Source of the DNA: Balamuthia mandrillaris
Lineage: Eukaryota
Assembly (NCBI GenBank): GCA_031835245.2
Contig: JAVKOQ020000005.1
Span: 1 to 64,000, forward strand
Length of the DNA stretch: 64,000 nucleotides
Reading direction: 5' to 3'
Positions 10,856 to 22,598 of the stretch are shown piece after piece. The notes beneath the pieces were generated by a model, which saw only the letters and a program-made list of their open reading frames with translations, searched no databases and was not told the origin of the DNA. The first letter of the stretch is position 1; every line of letters begins with the position of its first letter. The position numbers and the translations under genes were made by a program.

Positions 10856-13792
10856 TTATTGCAGGCGTTCCAGCACGTCCGCTCTGCACATGGGGCATTG
10901 GGTGACGCGAAGGCTGCACCGGAAGCAAATGCCACCATGGTGGCATGGCTGTAGTTCTGTGTCTGCCGCCTCTGCAAAGCAAATGCTGCAAAGCTCACGC
11001 TCTTCATTGGAGTCTTTGCCCTCATCCTCCTCTCTATCCCTTGGGTGAAGGAAAAGAGGAGAGGGAGGTGGAAGAGGGATGCCTTCTCGCTCTACGTATT
11101 CTTCAATACTTTCCACTTGTCCAACTTCTTCCTCTATGCGCGAAAAGAATCTGTAACACAAAGAAAAATGAGAACAGAAAAGCATATAAGTGTAACGAAG
11201 TAGCTCAAACGAATTGAAAATGTCGCTAGACATGCCGAAAGGTCCTAAACAACAACAAACCTCCATTGGCTCCTGGCAAAACGGAAGGAACATTGTTGGT
11301 AGGCACCAAAGCTAACTGCTGGATAAAACTGAAAATGTCGTTTGACGCGCCGAAAGGTGGCTCTCTTCGTCGCCGTTTCTTCTTCTGGCGAAGTTAAGGA
11401 GCGGACGTCCGCAGGATTATGCAACACTATATCCCCGTTCAGATAGAATATGATCGTGCCCCTCTTTCCGTTGTAGAGGCAACTTATCACGTCCCCTTTT
11501 TGCCATCTTCTGCGAGGCCATAAGCACTTCAGTTGTTTTGGTCGTTAGCAGAAAAACACCAGGAGGAAAACAAGAAAAGGAAAAAAGAAAATAGAGTTTC
11601 GACGAAGAAAAGGAGATGAAACAGACAGCGAGAGGAAGAGAGAAGAACAAACTTTAGCAGCAAGTGCGTTGTGCCAGGCGTATCCGCGCGCTCCATCGTA
11701 TGCATAGGAGAAGACATCGTCGCCAACACCTTGTCCTTCCTCTGGATTGAAGACGGTGTCCTTGGTGGCCCATCCTATCTGCATAACTCCGTTCGTTCGT
11801 AGCTTTACCTCAAAGTACCACTTATGTGCTACTCTTTTCTTCGCTTTCTTTTGCTTTCTCTGTTTCTGCTTTTTCTCGGTTATCTTTTGTTCTCCATTTT
11901 TGCCATCCGTAACTTTGGCCATCGCAATTTCATTCTCAGATTCTTGTTCTATTACCACTTTATCGCTGTCATCTTTCTCTTCCTTCTTTGTTGCACTTGC
12001 TCTCTGTCTGCTTCCGTTCGTGTGAGGGATTTGTCCATATGTGACAAAAGCGTTCGCCCGTAGGCTTCCGAAAGAGGAGGTGTCATTTCGAACCTGACAA
12101 AACGATGAACGAAGAACAAATATCACTATTTCGCCCAAACTGCAAGTTTTAGAGAACAGGAAACGCCAAGTACCTCCAAATAATCTGCAGACAGCTTAAG
12201 GCAACTACTTTTGTCTTCACTGCTAAGCATTACACGTGTTGACGTGACATAGGAGTCATTTTGAAGGTTGTTATCTTCGCTACTGTTGTATTCTTTCTCT
12301 TCCATTTTCTCGTCTCTCTCGTCTATTTCTCCAACCATTTTTGCTACAAGCGAATATGAATCAGTTGGTGAGAGTGACAACTTGAATAGAAAATGATAAA
12401 GTAATGAAAAAAAGAGAAGAGAGGAGGAAAACAACATGCTAAGCGTACAAAGTGGAGGATGGTGAATGAGCCAATAGGCTTGCAACTTTAACTGCTTGTC
12501 CCGAGAGAGAGCCAAGCGTCGTAGGCGATGAGAGAGAGCAACCATTTCATTGTGATTTAAGAGTTTCTCTACTCCACCACCTATTCGAAAAACTACATCA
12601 GGAATGCAGAGAGAGGAGAGGAGAGAGCAGAGAGCAGAGAGCAGAGAGCAGAGAGGAGAGAGGAGAGAGGAGAGAGCAGAGAGCAGAGAGCAGAGAGCAG
12701 AGAGCAGAGCAGAGAGCAGAGAGCAGAGAGCAGAGAGCAGAGAGCAGAGAGCAGAGAGCAGAGAGCAGAGAGCAGAGAGCAGAGGAGAGAGCAGAGAGGA
12801 GAGAGCAGAGAGCAGAGAGCAGAGAGCAGAGAGCAGAGAGCAGAGAGCAGAGAGCAGAGAGCAGAGAGCAGAGAGCAGAGAGCAGAGAGCAGAGAGCAGA
12901 GAGCAGAGAGCAGAGAGCAGAGAGCAGAGAGCAGAGAGGAGAGAGCAGAGAGCAGAGAGCAGAGAGCAGAGAGCAGAGAGCAGAGAGCAGAGAGCAGAGA
13001 GCAGAGAGCAGAGAGGAAGAACAAGGGATAAAGAAGACGAGAAGCAAAGATAGACCATTCTTTAGGAAGCCTTCCAACGTGATAAGGCCATGTAAGCACA
13101 CTCTATTGCTGTCGCTGTGGACGGCCTCCAACAGGACTCCCTTGAGCGACTCGGTAAACAACGAGCCGCTTACTCTTGCTGCGCAGTGGCCTTTAGGTTA
13201 ACTTGAGAAGAGAAAAAGTGAGAACAGAGCAGAAATGCGCACGATCAAACTTGTAGGACAGCGCATGCCAGACGATGAGCGCATTGACTAGCTGGCCTTC
13301 ATCGGCCTCCTCACGCACGAACCGACAGAGCAGCTCGCTGGTGTCCCTCACGCAAGCAGGATCGCACAACGGCAACATGTCCAACAGCACCAGCATTTGA
13401 GTGCAATAGTCTCTCCTGGTCTGTTGTTGTGGTCCCTGCCGCTGCTCTTCCATAGCCAAGCCTTCCTCTTCCCATCCTTCTTCTCCTCCCTCCTCGTCTC
13501 TTCCCAGCTTCCTCACGAAGAAGGAGAGCCATTTTTTCCTCCTCCTCTGCCGCTTCTTCCGCGGTTGGAGGCGACCGAACCGTTTGCTCACCTCCAGCAG
13601 GCAGCTCTGCCACAGGCGTTCGTCCTGGTCGGCCCGCTGGATCAGGGTCCTGGCCGCCTCGGCCCACCTCTCCTCGTCCGGGAGGCTGCACCCGTCCACC
13701 AGGCCCTGCACCTCGCGCAGGAGGGACCCGCTACGCTCCCCACCCGAACCCTCCCAACAGCAGCAGCTGCAGCAACAACACACCCCACCCAT
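10856..13792 (-). CDS. RSPRY1: SPRY + C3HC4 RING E3 ligase (RSPRY1-like)
   Basis: SPRY motifs VRNDTSSFGSLRAN, WYFEVKLRTNGVMQIGWAT, GVGDDVFSYAYDG, FYPAVSFG; RING CSIC...PCHHGGICFRC...CPMCR; N-terminus MGGVCCCCSCCC. Confidence 0.85.
12606..13015. repeat. Intronic (AGAGAGC/AGAGC)n satellite, ~400 bp
   Basis: Tandem agagcag units inside an RSPRY1 intron; the same unit recurs at ~28888-28946 and ~34378-34458. Confidence 0.95.
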
Positions 13793-14074
13793 TTGCTTGC
13801 CTTTCAGTCAACCGTAAAAAAAAAACCCCGCAGCAGTGGACATAAACCAAGGGAACACGTCAGCGCTATTTCCCCTTTGTGGCGGTGGAAACATACATGA
13901 CTGCTCGATGCGTATTGTCCAGCGGGAGTTTTTTCTTTTTGGAACTTGCTGATGTCATCAGAAATGAATTTTTTCTTGGAATTGCGTAAAATCTTTTTTT
14001 TTAATTTGCCAGTTCCCGGTTGATCGTGTAGTGGTCATTGCCGGTTCCGTCATTTTGGTCAAGGCGTCGACGAT

Positions 14075-15482
14075 ATGCAACAGGCGGACGGTTTGCAGCA
14101 CATCGACACCGTGATTGACGGGCTGCAAAGCGAGCGTTCGCCCTGCCGCTGCAACCTGTACAACCGGGGCTTGACCGCCTTGCCAATCAGTTTTGGGCGC
14201 ATCGCCAAACTCACCAGTTGTAACCTCTCTGCCAACCTGCTGACAGCCCTGCCCTCTGACTCTGTTTGGCCAACTCACCGCCCTCACCAGCTGCAATCTC
14301 TCCTCAAACTTGCTGAGGGCATTGCCTGCGGGGTTTGGCCAGCTCTCATTGTTGCGATTCCTTGACCTTTGTGACAACAAGCTGACGGCTTTGCCTTCCG
14401 CGTTTCATCAACTCTCCTGTCTACAGTCCCTCTACGTCGACAACAACAAACTTGTAGCCTTGCCCTCTGGCTTTGGACAACTCTCTTTGCTGAAATTCCT
14501 CGACATCCGCTCCAACGAACTGGAAACCTTGCCCTCCGACTTTGGCGGTCTCTCTTTGCTCAGGTCCCTCGACCTCTCCTCCAATCAACTGACCGGCTTA
14601 CCCTCTGCGTTTAATCACTGCACAGCCCTGACCTACCTCGACCTCTCCTTCAACAGTCTGATAGCCTTGCCCTCCGACTTTGGCCATTTTCCTTTGCTCA
14701 AATCTCTAAACCTCTCCTCCAACCAACTGACCTTGCGATTTAGGCCACCTCCCTTCCCTGACCCGCCTGGATCTCTCCAGCAACAAACTGACAGCCTTAC
14801 CCTCTGGGGTTTGTCAACTCTTTTCGCTGACGGTCCTTGATCTCTCGCACAACCGGTTGACAGCCATACCCAGGGATTTTGGCGAACTAACAGCTCTCAA
14901 ACGCTGCCATTTGGAGAGGAATCCATTGGCTGCACTGCCTCCCTCCGCATTACCTTTGCTACCAGTACTTCGCAGAACAGAACATGTTTTTGAAGCAGAC
15001 AAGGCTGAAGAGGAAGCTCAAGACAAGGAGAACAAGCAAAAGAGAGTAAAGGCCAACCAACCACCAAACAATAACGCACACGCGTTGACGAGTGTGCGAA
15101 GTTTGTGGCTGTTGAGCGGAGAGGCCGTGGTCAGGGGCTTGCTGTCAGCTGGAATGTTGACCATGCCAGCCTTTCCATACACGCTGCTCGACCCTTCTAC
15201 AACTACAACGGGATAGAACCACAACAACATCAAGCGAACGATGCCGACACACAGGAAAAATGGTTGGCAATGGCGGAAGAAGTGCGGGAAAGGTTGGAAG
15301 GACTTCTTAGACGCTGTGACGTGTGTAATGGCCTTTTTTTAGCAGAGAAAGAGGACGTAACCCTCGTCAGAAAACATTACGATGTGAAGAGAGCAGTTTG
15401 GTGGGAGTTGTTGTGCTGTAGCAAAAGGTGTTTGGAGCGGCCCCTTCTTAAATCATTCCAAGTAAAAGATGAGGACAAATGA
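14075..15482 (+). pseudogene. Intronless LRR protein with BC-box-like motif and C-terminal CxxC...CCxxxC finger (LRRC28/LRRC58-like); three frame disruptions
   Basis: 23-aa LRRs (LxxLPxxFGxLxxLxxLDLxxN), then VRSLWLLSGEAVVR and RRCDVC...WELLCCSKRCL. Frame changes near 14262, 14735 and ~15210. Confidence 0.8.
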
Positions 15483-15651
15483 ATAAATAAAAACACAAAC
15501 GTTGAAAAAGAGAGCATAATGTTACTTTGGAGAAGAGTATTGCATACCACTTGTTTGTTTTTTGGGCTCTCCCAAAGACCTGCATCGTCGTAGTTCTTCA
15601 TCATTCTCTTGTTCTACTGCCTCCAGTCCCTTTTTTCCTTCTTTTGACTTC

Positions 15652-16873
15652 TTATTGACCAGCATTGATAAGGAGAGGAGATTCTTCGGTAGGTTGTTGC
15701 CGTGCTCGTTGAAGTTCAGACCGCTTTGCCTTATTCCGAACGCGCCAATACCGAAGGAGATGTCTTCGCAGTCGCACCAAAAAGTATAACATGATCACAA
15801 TAAGGTTGAAGCCCAAACCAGCCAGGGCCACTGTCCATGATCCTAACGCTATCATCGTCATACAGATCAACAGCGTGGGTACAGGAAGCAACCACACAGC
15901 AAGTTTCCCTCCGGGCAATTTGAACTCCCGCTCCGCATCTGGTTCTGTTTCAGAGAATACAAAGCCGGAATTAAAATCTCTTACATAGAGCTACCAAGAG
16001 TAAGAACAAGACAAGAACATGAAGAGGCAGAACAACGAAAACAACAATATATTACCACATAAATACACACATATATACACACAAACGGAATTGCTTACCG
16101 GTGTAGCGAAGGCGGATGAGAGCCCCATACTCCAACAAAAGATTAACAATACGCAGCACCAGCAGAATCTGTACCAAAAAGTCGAAAGGAAATGCTGCCA
16201 AAGCAGGCACCACCAAACCCACCACTAATATTCCTGCTATCGGCCTGACCGTTCCTTTTGAAGAAAGAATGAGCGCACAAAAGAAGAAATACAAAAGCAA
16301 AATAACATTACCTGTATGTCGTTGCCAAGACCAAGAAACGATAGAAGGCAACTTGCGGTGGCCAATGCTATCTTTCCTACCCATAGCCCAAATAATCCTC
16401 GCCGAAGTAGCCACCCCGCTCACCGCTCCAAAGTTGCTAACAGCAGAGCCGACCAACATGATGATGCCCAACCAGGAAGACAAGATCTTGGCGACATGCG
16501 TGAAGTAACCGGATTGCCAATCTGCGTAGTGGGGAGCCACCATGAAGCCAAAGAAGACAGGAAAGAAGTAGTTCATCACGTTGATGGGAAGAATGCCAAA
16601 GAGGCCAATAATGAAGGAGCGGCGTCCTCCCTTCACCTCTCCTGCAAAGACGCCCAAGTTGTCAAACCCACCAAACATGTAGGCGAGAGTGCTAATGAAG
16701 ACGCCAAAATCGAGCTCGTTGTGACGAGGTAACTCCAGCCATTTGCTCCAGTCAAAGTGTACCTGAATGGGGGCCATTATAACCAGAAGGACGAATGGTA
16801 GGTTGATCACTACCATCATTAGCAGTGATAAGCGGTATAACCAATTCAAACCTGTTTGTTATATTCAAGGTAA

Positions 16874-16919
<46 letters not shown>

Positions 16920-17172
16920 GCTGAGCTTTACACAGGAGAAACAAACCAATAATATTTACAATGATAAGCACAGCCAGAAAAGCTAGTTTGATGGCCCACG
17001 CCTCACCTGTTGTGAACGAATAAGGAAAGTAGTCCACAAAAAGCACAACTACAGTGGCATGCGAAACCAACATGTTGCCAATGTTGTTGTAGGCATTTAC
17101 CCACCCGCCAAAGTCCCCAAAAGCCCTCTGCACCCTGTTCTCGTTATTTCATTAGGGAGAGAAGGGAGAGAA

Positions 17173-17212
<40 letters not shown>

Positions 17213-17887
17213 AGAGAGAATCGCACCAAATGATGTTGCCTCCGTTTTCTTTGATGAGGAGAGACAGCTCCGCAGCCATGAGGGCTTGCGGTAATGACCA
17301 CAAGAAGGGAAAAACAATCAGCGCAATAAGTGCAGCCAAAGGTCCTGTTTCACCAACCAAAAAGCATACCCAAAGGGCACACATTTCAACAAATGAAGGA
17401 AAAAAAGCATAGGATAGTTCGGAAAGAGTAGCATAACAAGAAACAAGAACACACAACACAATTATTACAGAACAGAACAAAGACACGATCAACGCAGAGA
17501 AGAGAGAAGACGTGTTCTCAAAGAACGGAGCGATCTTTGCTTACCCATAGCCCCAACGGTACTTTCCACACCAAAAGGTCCGCCGCACGTCAAAAAATAG
17601 CCGATCAGGGCCAACCGAAACGCTGACAAGCTGCGTTTGGCCGGCTTGTTCACCGTGTCTATGGTCGCCTGGCTGGATGAGCCGATCTCCTCCGTGGCCA
17701 TGCCCGTGGAGGGCACTGGGAGCACCAACGCCTGGTCGCTGACGGCCGCAACGGGCAGGCACTCCACTTCCAAGAGGGGATCTTCTTCATCGCTGGAGTC
17801 GCTGGAATCGCTGCTTTTAACGGCGTAGCGGCCGTTAAGAGCCAAACTTGTTTGCACGGCCTCAGCGTGAGCACCTCCGCCGTCCAT
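15652..17887 (-). CDS. APC-superfamily amino acid/polyamine transporter (plant PUT/RMV1-like)
   Basis: YFLTCGGPFGVE, LWSLPQALMAAELS...ENGG, GGFDNLGVFAGEV; many TM helices; GT-AG introns. Confidence 0.9.
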
Positions 17888-18007
17888 GATTCCTCCTCCT
17901 TCTTGCAGTAGGGCTTCGGGTCACTGCCGCCGTCCACCCAGCCTTTCTTTTTCTTTTTCTTTCTGAGGTATTTTTGTAGACACATGTTTGTTTTTCCATT
18001 GGTTCAT

Positions 18008-18295
18008 CTAGGATAATCGAACCAACGGCATTTCGGGATAGAGGAGATCAAAGCACCACCCGCTGCAGCAGAGCAGCTCCCAAGAGACACCCCTCCGGGG
18101 GTCAAAGTGCTTCCTGACAAGGGTTCTTACTCCTTGCTCTCCTTCTTCGGCCATCAAAAATGCGCAACCGCAAACATCGCACCGCCTTTGCAACCGTTCC
18201 AACCTTTCTTTCACCTCGTCGGGTACCCACGCTTCGTTTTCTTCTCGTCTTCCTGTTGTGGCATGTCCGCACCATCCTCTTGGTCATGGCACGGA

Positions 18296-18330
<35 letters not shown>

Positions 18331-20270
18331 AACCGGAATGAAAGGGAGGCGGGGAAGGGGGTTTAGCACACCCGCCAAAAGATTGTGTCTGACCACTGCC
18401 TCTCCACTCAACAGCCACAAGCTTCGCACACGCGCGTTTGCATTCACCAGAGGTTCTTCTTCACAGCCTTCTTCTTCCTCTTTCTGTTGTACGATAAAAG
18501 GATTCTTCTTGGTGCTCTGACATTCTGCATCGACGAAGGGAGGCCTGAAAAGAGAAACGAGGGTAAAGCGAAAATGTGGAAGAAGGGAGCGAAGTAATCC
18601 AATTCCACCCCAAATAGCACTGCTTCATAGCGGTGAGGCAACCAAACTCCCTTGGCAAGATTGTCAGCCTGTTGTGGGAGAGGTCGAGGCATGTCAGGGA
18701 AGAGAGTTGACCAAACTCCTTTGGCAAACGCCTCAATCCGTTACAGGCGAGATTGCAACAAGCGAGAGAGGAGAGCCAACCAAACTCTCTTGGTAAAGCC
18801 CTCAGCTTGTTATGGGAGAGGTTGCACTTTTTGAGGGCGAGGAGAAGACTGAACTCCTTCGGCAAGGCAGTCAGTTGATTGAATGCAAGGCAGAGGGAAT
18901 TGAGGGATAGAAGACTGCCCATCTCGTTGGGTAAAGAAGAGATAATGTTGTGCGAAAGTTGAGGGAGGTAAGGGCGGAGAGTTGGCCAAACCTCGCGGGA
19001 ACGGTTGTCAGCTTGTTATGGGAGAGGTTGCACTTTTTGAGGGCAAGGAGAAGACTGAACTCCTTCGGTAAGGCAGTCAGTTGATTGAATGCAAGGCAGA
19101 GGGAATTGAGGGATAGAAGACTGCCCATCTCGTTGGGTAAAGAAGAGATAATGTTGTGGGAAAGATTGAGGGAGGTAAGGGCGGAGAGTTGGCCAAACTT
19201 CGCTGGTATGGTCGTCAGCTGGTTATGGGACAGATCGCAGGAAGTGAGGGCAGAGAGTTGGCCAAACTCGCTCGGCAGTTCAGAAAATTCATTCCTGCAC
19301 AGTCGGCAGCTTTTGAGGGAACGGAGTCGGCCCAGATCCCTGGGCAAGCCTGTCAATCGGTTCCTGGTGAGGTTGAGTGAAGTCAGCGAGTAGAGTTGAC
19401 CAAACTCGGACGGCAAGGCCCGCAGGTCGTTGGAGGAGAGGTCGCATTCGGTGAGGGCGGAGAGACCAACGAATTGGTCTGGTAGGTTGCTTCATTCCAA
19501 CAGAGTTGGATCGATTTCGTCTGGTTTTGATAGGTGACAAACTTATCATAGCATCATATACAACTTATCTCACACTTCACTAATTCTAGGTTACTTCTTA
19601 GAATTATCATCTCCCTTCTACTATTGATACTCTTCTTTGTTATTTTCTTCTTCAGCACAATAATACCTTTTCTACACACATCACTTCCTCGTTGTGCTCG
19701 CACCTACTGCTCAATAAACTCTTTTGGCAAAGCTTGTAACTGGTTGAGCCCGAGGTCGAGAGACGTCAACGAAGGAAGTCGGCTTATCCATTCTGGTAAG
19801 TGTGCAAATCGGTTGGCAGACAGGTTGAGGGAGGTCAAGGACAAAAGCTGGGTGAACTCCGTTGGCAAAGAGGTTAACAGGTTATTGCAGAGGTTGCAAG
19901 AAGTAAGGGCTTTGAGTTGTCCAATCTCGCACGGTATGGCGGACAAACCGTTGTGGGAGAGGTTGAGCGAGGTCAGTGAGGTGAGTTGGCCGAAAGCAGA
20001 GGGCAAGGACGTCAAATGGTTGGCGTGGAGGTTCAAAGAGGTAAGGGCAGTGAGCCTGTAAAACTCTGCTGGCATTGTGGTCAAACGGTTTACGGAGAAG
20101 TCGCAGAGAGTGAGAGAAGAGAGGAGGCCTATCTCCTCGGGCAAAGCGGTCAGGTTGCAGGAAGAGAGGCAGCAGACGGTGGAACGAGCAAACGGTTGGA
20201 GCAGGGGAGGAATCGTAAGACCCTCCTGGCTCTTTTCCTGCAAAGGACCACGCAATGAGTTCTCCTCCAT
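18008..20270 (-). pseudogene. Second intronless LRR + BC-box-like + Zn-finger paralogue; disrupted by frameshifts and a ~220-bp insert
   Basis: Same 23-aa LRR consensus, VRSLWLLSGEAVVR and RRCDVC...WELLCCSGWC. Stop/insert at ~19490-19712; frame changes near 18958, 18560 and 18240. Confidence 0.8.
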
Positions 20271-20449
20271 CGAGTGCGAGCGCGGGGTACGTTGGGGTGA
20301 TGTTTCTTGGCGAGAGAACAAAGTGTTAAATTAAATTAATTTTTTTCCAGGAAATTTTTGGATTTAAAAGAGGATGACGTCATTCCATCAAGATCGCACA
20401 AGCAGAGTCGATCACAAACAAATCCAACAAAAGCAAAGAAAGAGAGAAG

Positions 20450-22065
20450 ATGGAAGAGATGAAAAAGTTGCCGGCGAGAGCCACGCGCGGCCTGCGCATG
20501 GCCGCGCTCATCGGCGAAGAGGCTGAGAAAGACGAAGAGTTTTGGCAGTCGGACATGTTCAAGGAGGAGGAAGAGGACCAAGTCTTTCAGCCGGAAGTGT
20601 CGGGTATCATCCTCTGGGATCATCTGATACCCATCATCCACCTCTCAAAGTTTTTGTGTCGCACGTTGTTGGCTCGCTCTCTAATATTGATCCTTTTACT
20701 CTATGCAGACGAAGAAGATGAAGTCGACTCCGATTTTGACGCTCCAGAGCAAGATGATCAAGAAGATGAAGAAGAAAACGAAGACGCGAAGCCTCTCTCC
20801 CAAAAGCGCAAGGTTTATTATGTTCCTCCATCTCCCTTATCCCTTCTCTGCTTCTTTGCTTCTCTGCTTCTCCTGCTCCTTCTCCTTCTTCTTCTTCTTC
20901 TAAATTCTCTTTCCTATCGCCATGTGAAACAAACAGAGAAAGTCATATGTGGATCCCTTGCTGAGGAAAAACCAAAAGAAAGCAAAGAAAGCTGCCTCTA
21001 TCCAAAAGGCCAAAACAGTTGCAGAGAGAAATGAAGAGGAAGAAGAAGAAGAAAAGGAAGGTGAAGAAGATGGCGAAGAAACAGAGCAGATGCAGTCAGA
21101 AGAAGACAGGCAACAGCGCGGAACACGGAAGAAAGACAAGGAAAAGGAAGAAGAAGGGCCACCGAAACGCAGAAAGTCCTCTCGTCCGTCTACTGTTGCT
21201 AGCGGCATTGAAAGGGAGATAAGAGCAAAGAAAGAAACCGAAGAACAGCAACGAAAAGTACGCTTTCTTCTTACTCTTGCTCTTTCTCCTTATTCTCACA
21301 AAAACATGCACAACAGAAAAAACGGCAGCCAAAGAACGTTCGGGTGGTGAGGTTAACGCAAGAAGAGCTGCTTGCGGAGGCTCGAGTCACGGAACAGATA
21401 AACGCTGAGATACTGGACAATCTTCTTCGGCTTGAGGAGCAGAAGAAACAACCTATTCGTGTGCCACGACAGTATTGTTCCTCATTTCTTGTCTTTTCTT
21501 TTTCTTTTCCCTTTTGGTGACTGAGTTAACATGCGTGTTCTTTTGTAGGTTGAGTGGGCAGTATATTCGTTTTAACTCAAAGCCAAATGGTGATACGCTT
21601 ACGTTTGTTAATCGTGGCGACTTTCCACCTGAACTAAGACCATCGCAACCGCCCTGTTCGTATTTCGATTCTGTGTTCTTGTTCTTCTTCGTCTTCTTCT
21701 TCTTTTACTTTTCCTCTTCCTGCATCTTCTTCGTCTTCTTCTATTCTAGTCGCGTACTGATTTGTGAATGTTTATGATAAAGATATGGAACAACCAAAGT
21801 GCGTGATTACCGGACAACCGGCCAAGTACAAAGATCCAAAAACTGGGCTGTGGTATGCCAACGCTCAAGCCTTTGCTGCCCTACGAGCAAGGTACCTCCT
21901 TAGAAAATTTTCTCTTTCATTCTTCTCTTTGCTCTTACCAAAGCAATGTCATTCGTGAAAAGGTACCCTGTTTTAGAGAGTACAGCAGCTGATTCAAGTT
22001 CAAGCGTAAGTAGTTCTTTGGACAGTAGTTCTTTATCCTCTTCATCTGCTATAACTGTTGGTTGA
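20450..22065 (+). CDS. VPS72: VPS72/YL1, H2A.Z chaperone subunit of SWR1/SRCAP
   Basis: N-terminal LPARATRGLRMAALI...DSDFD, central LTQEELLAEA, C-terminal CVITGQPAKYKDPKTGLWYAN (YL1_C). Confidence 0.9.
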
Positions 22066-22286
22066 GAATGTTTGTAATGGTAAGCTGCCACAAAGCGAAA
22101 AGAGAGAAGAGAGAATGAAAAATAGAGAGAGAGAGAGAGAGAGAGAGAAACCGATAAACTAATATATTTTCATTAAGCTTTAAAAACACACAAAAACGAG
22201 TCCGTTACACAAAGCTAACACAACACACAAAGTATTTGGATCCTATCAACAGAATAACATTGAACCAGCGTATCAAAACAACGAAG

Positions 22287-22561
22287 TCATATCTCCCATT
22301 CCTCATCCTTCTCTTTTTGGGAGGAGGAAGCACGCGGAGAAGCAGAAGTAACCTCACTGCCTCCAACAACAGGTATGCCTTTGGAGGAAGACGATGCAGC
22401 CAACATTGCATTGCGCCGTTTAATAATCACTTGCGCAATGATGTTCATGAGACTATCTTCCACGCCACCGCTGCTAATTTTCAGCTTGCTCTTATCTTCT
22501 TCTTTCTGTATGTAGGTCGTTCAGAAAATTTTAGTCAGCAAGCTGTAGTTTTGTCCGATCA

Positions 22562-22598
<37 letters not shown>

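Noticed and set aside
10231..11048. Plus-strand ORFs overlapping the small membrane gene and RSPRY1 3' end
   Set aside because: Splice signals, intron polarity and protein motifs all support minus-strand genes here.
12593..13161. (LCSLLSA)n and (AESREQR)n ORFs
   Set aside because: Translations of an intronic 7-nt satellite bounded by splice sites of the RSPRY1-like gene.
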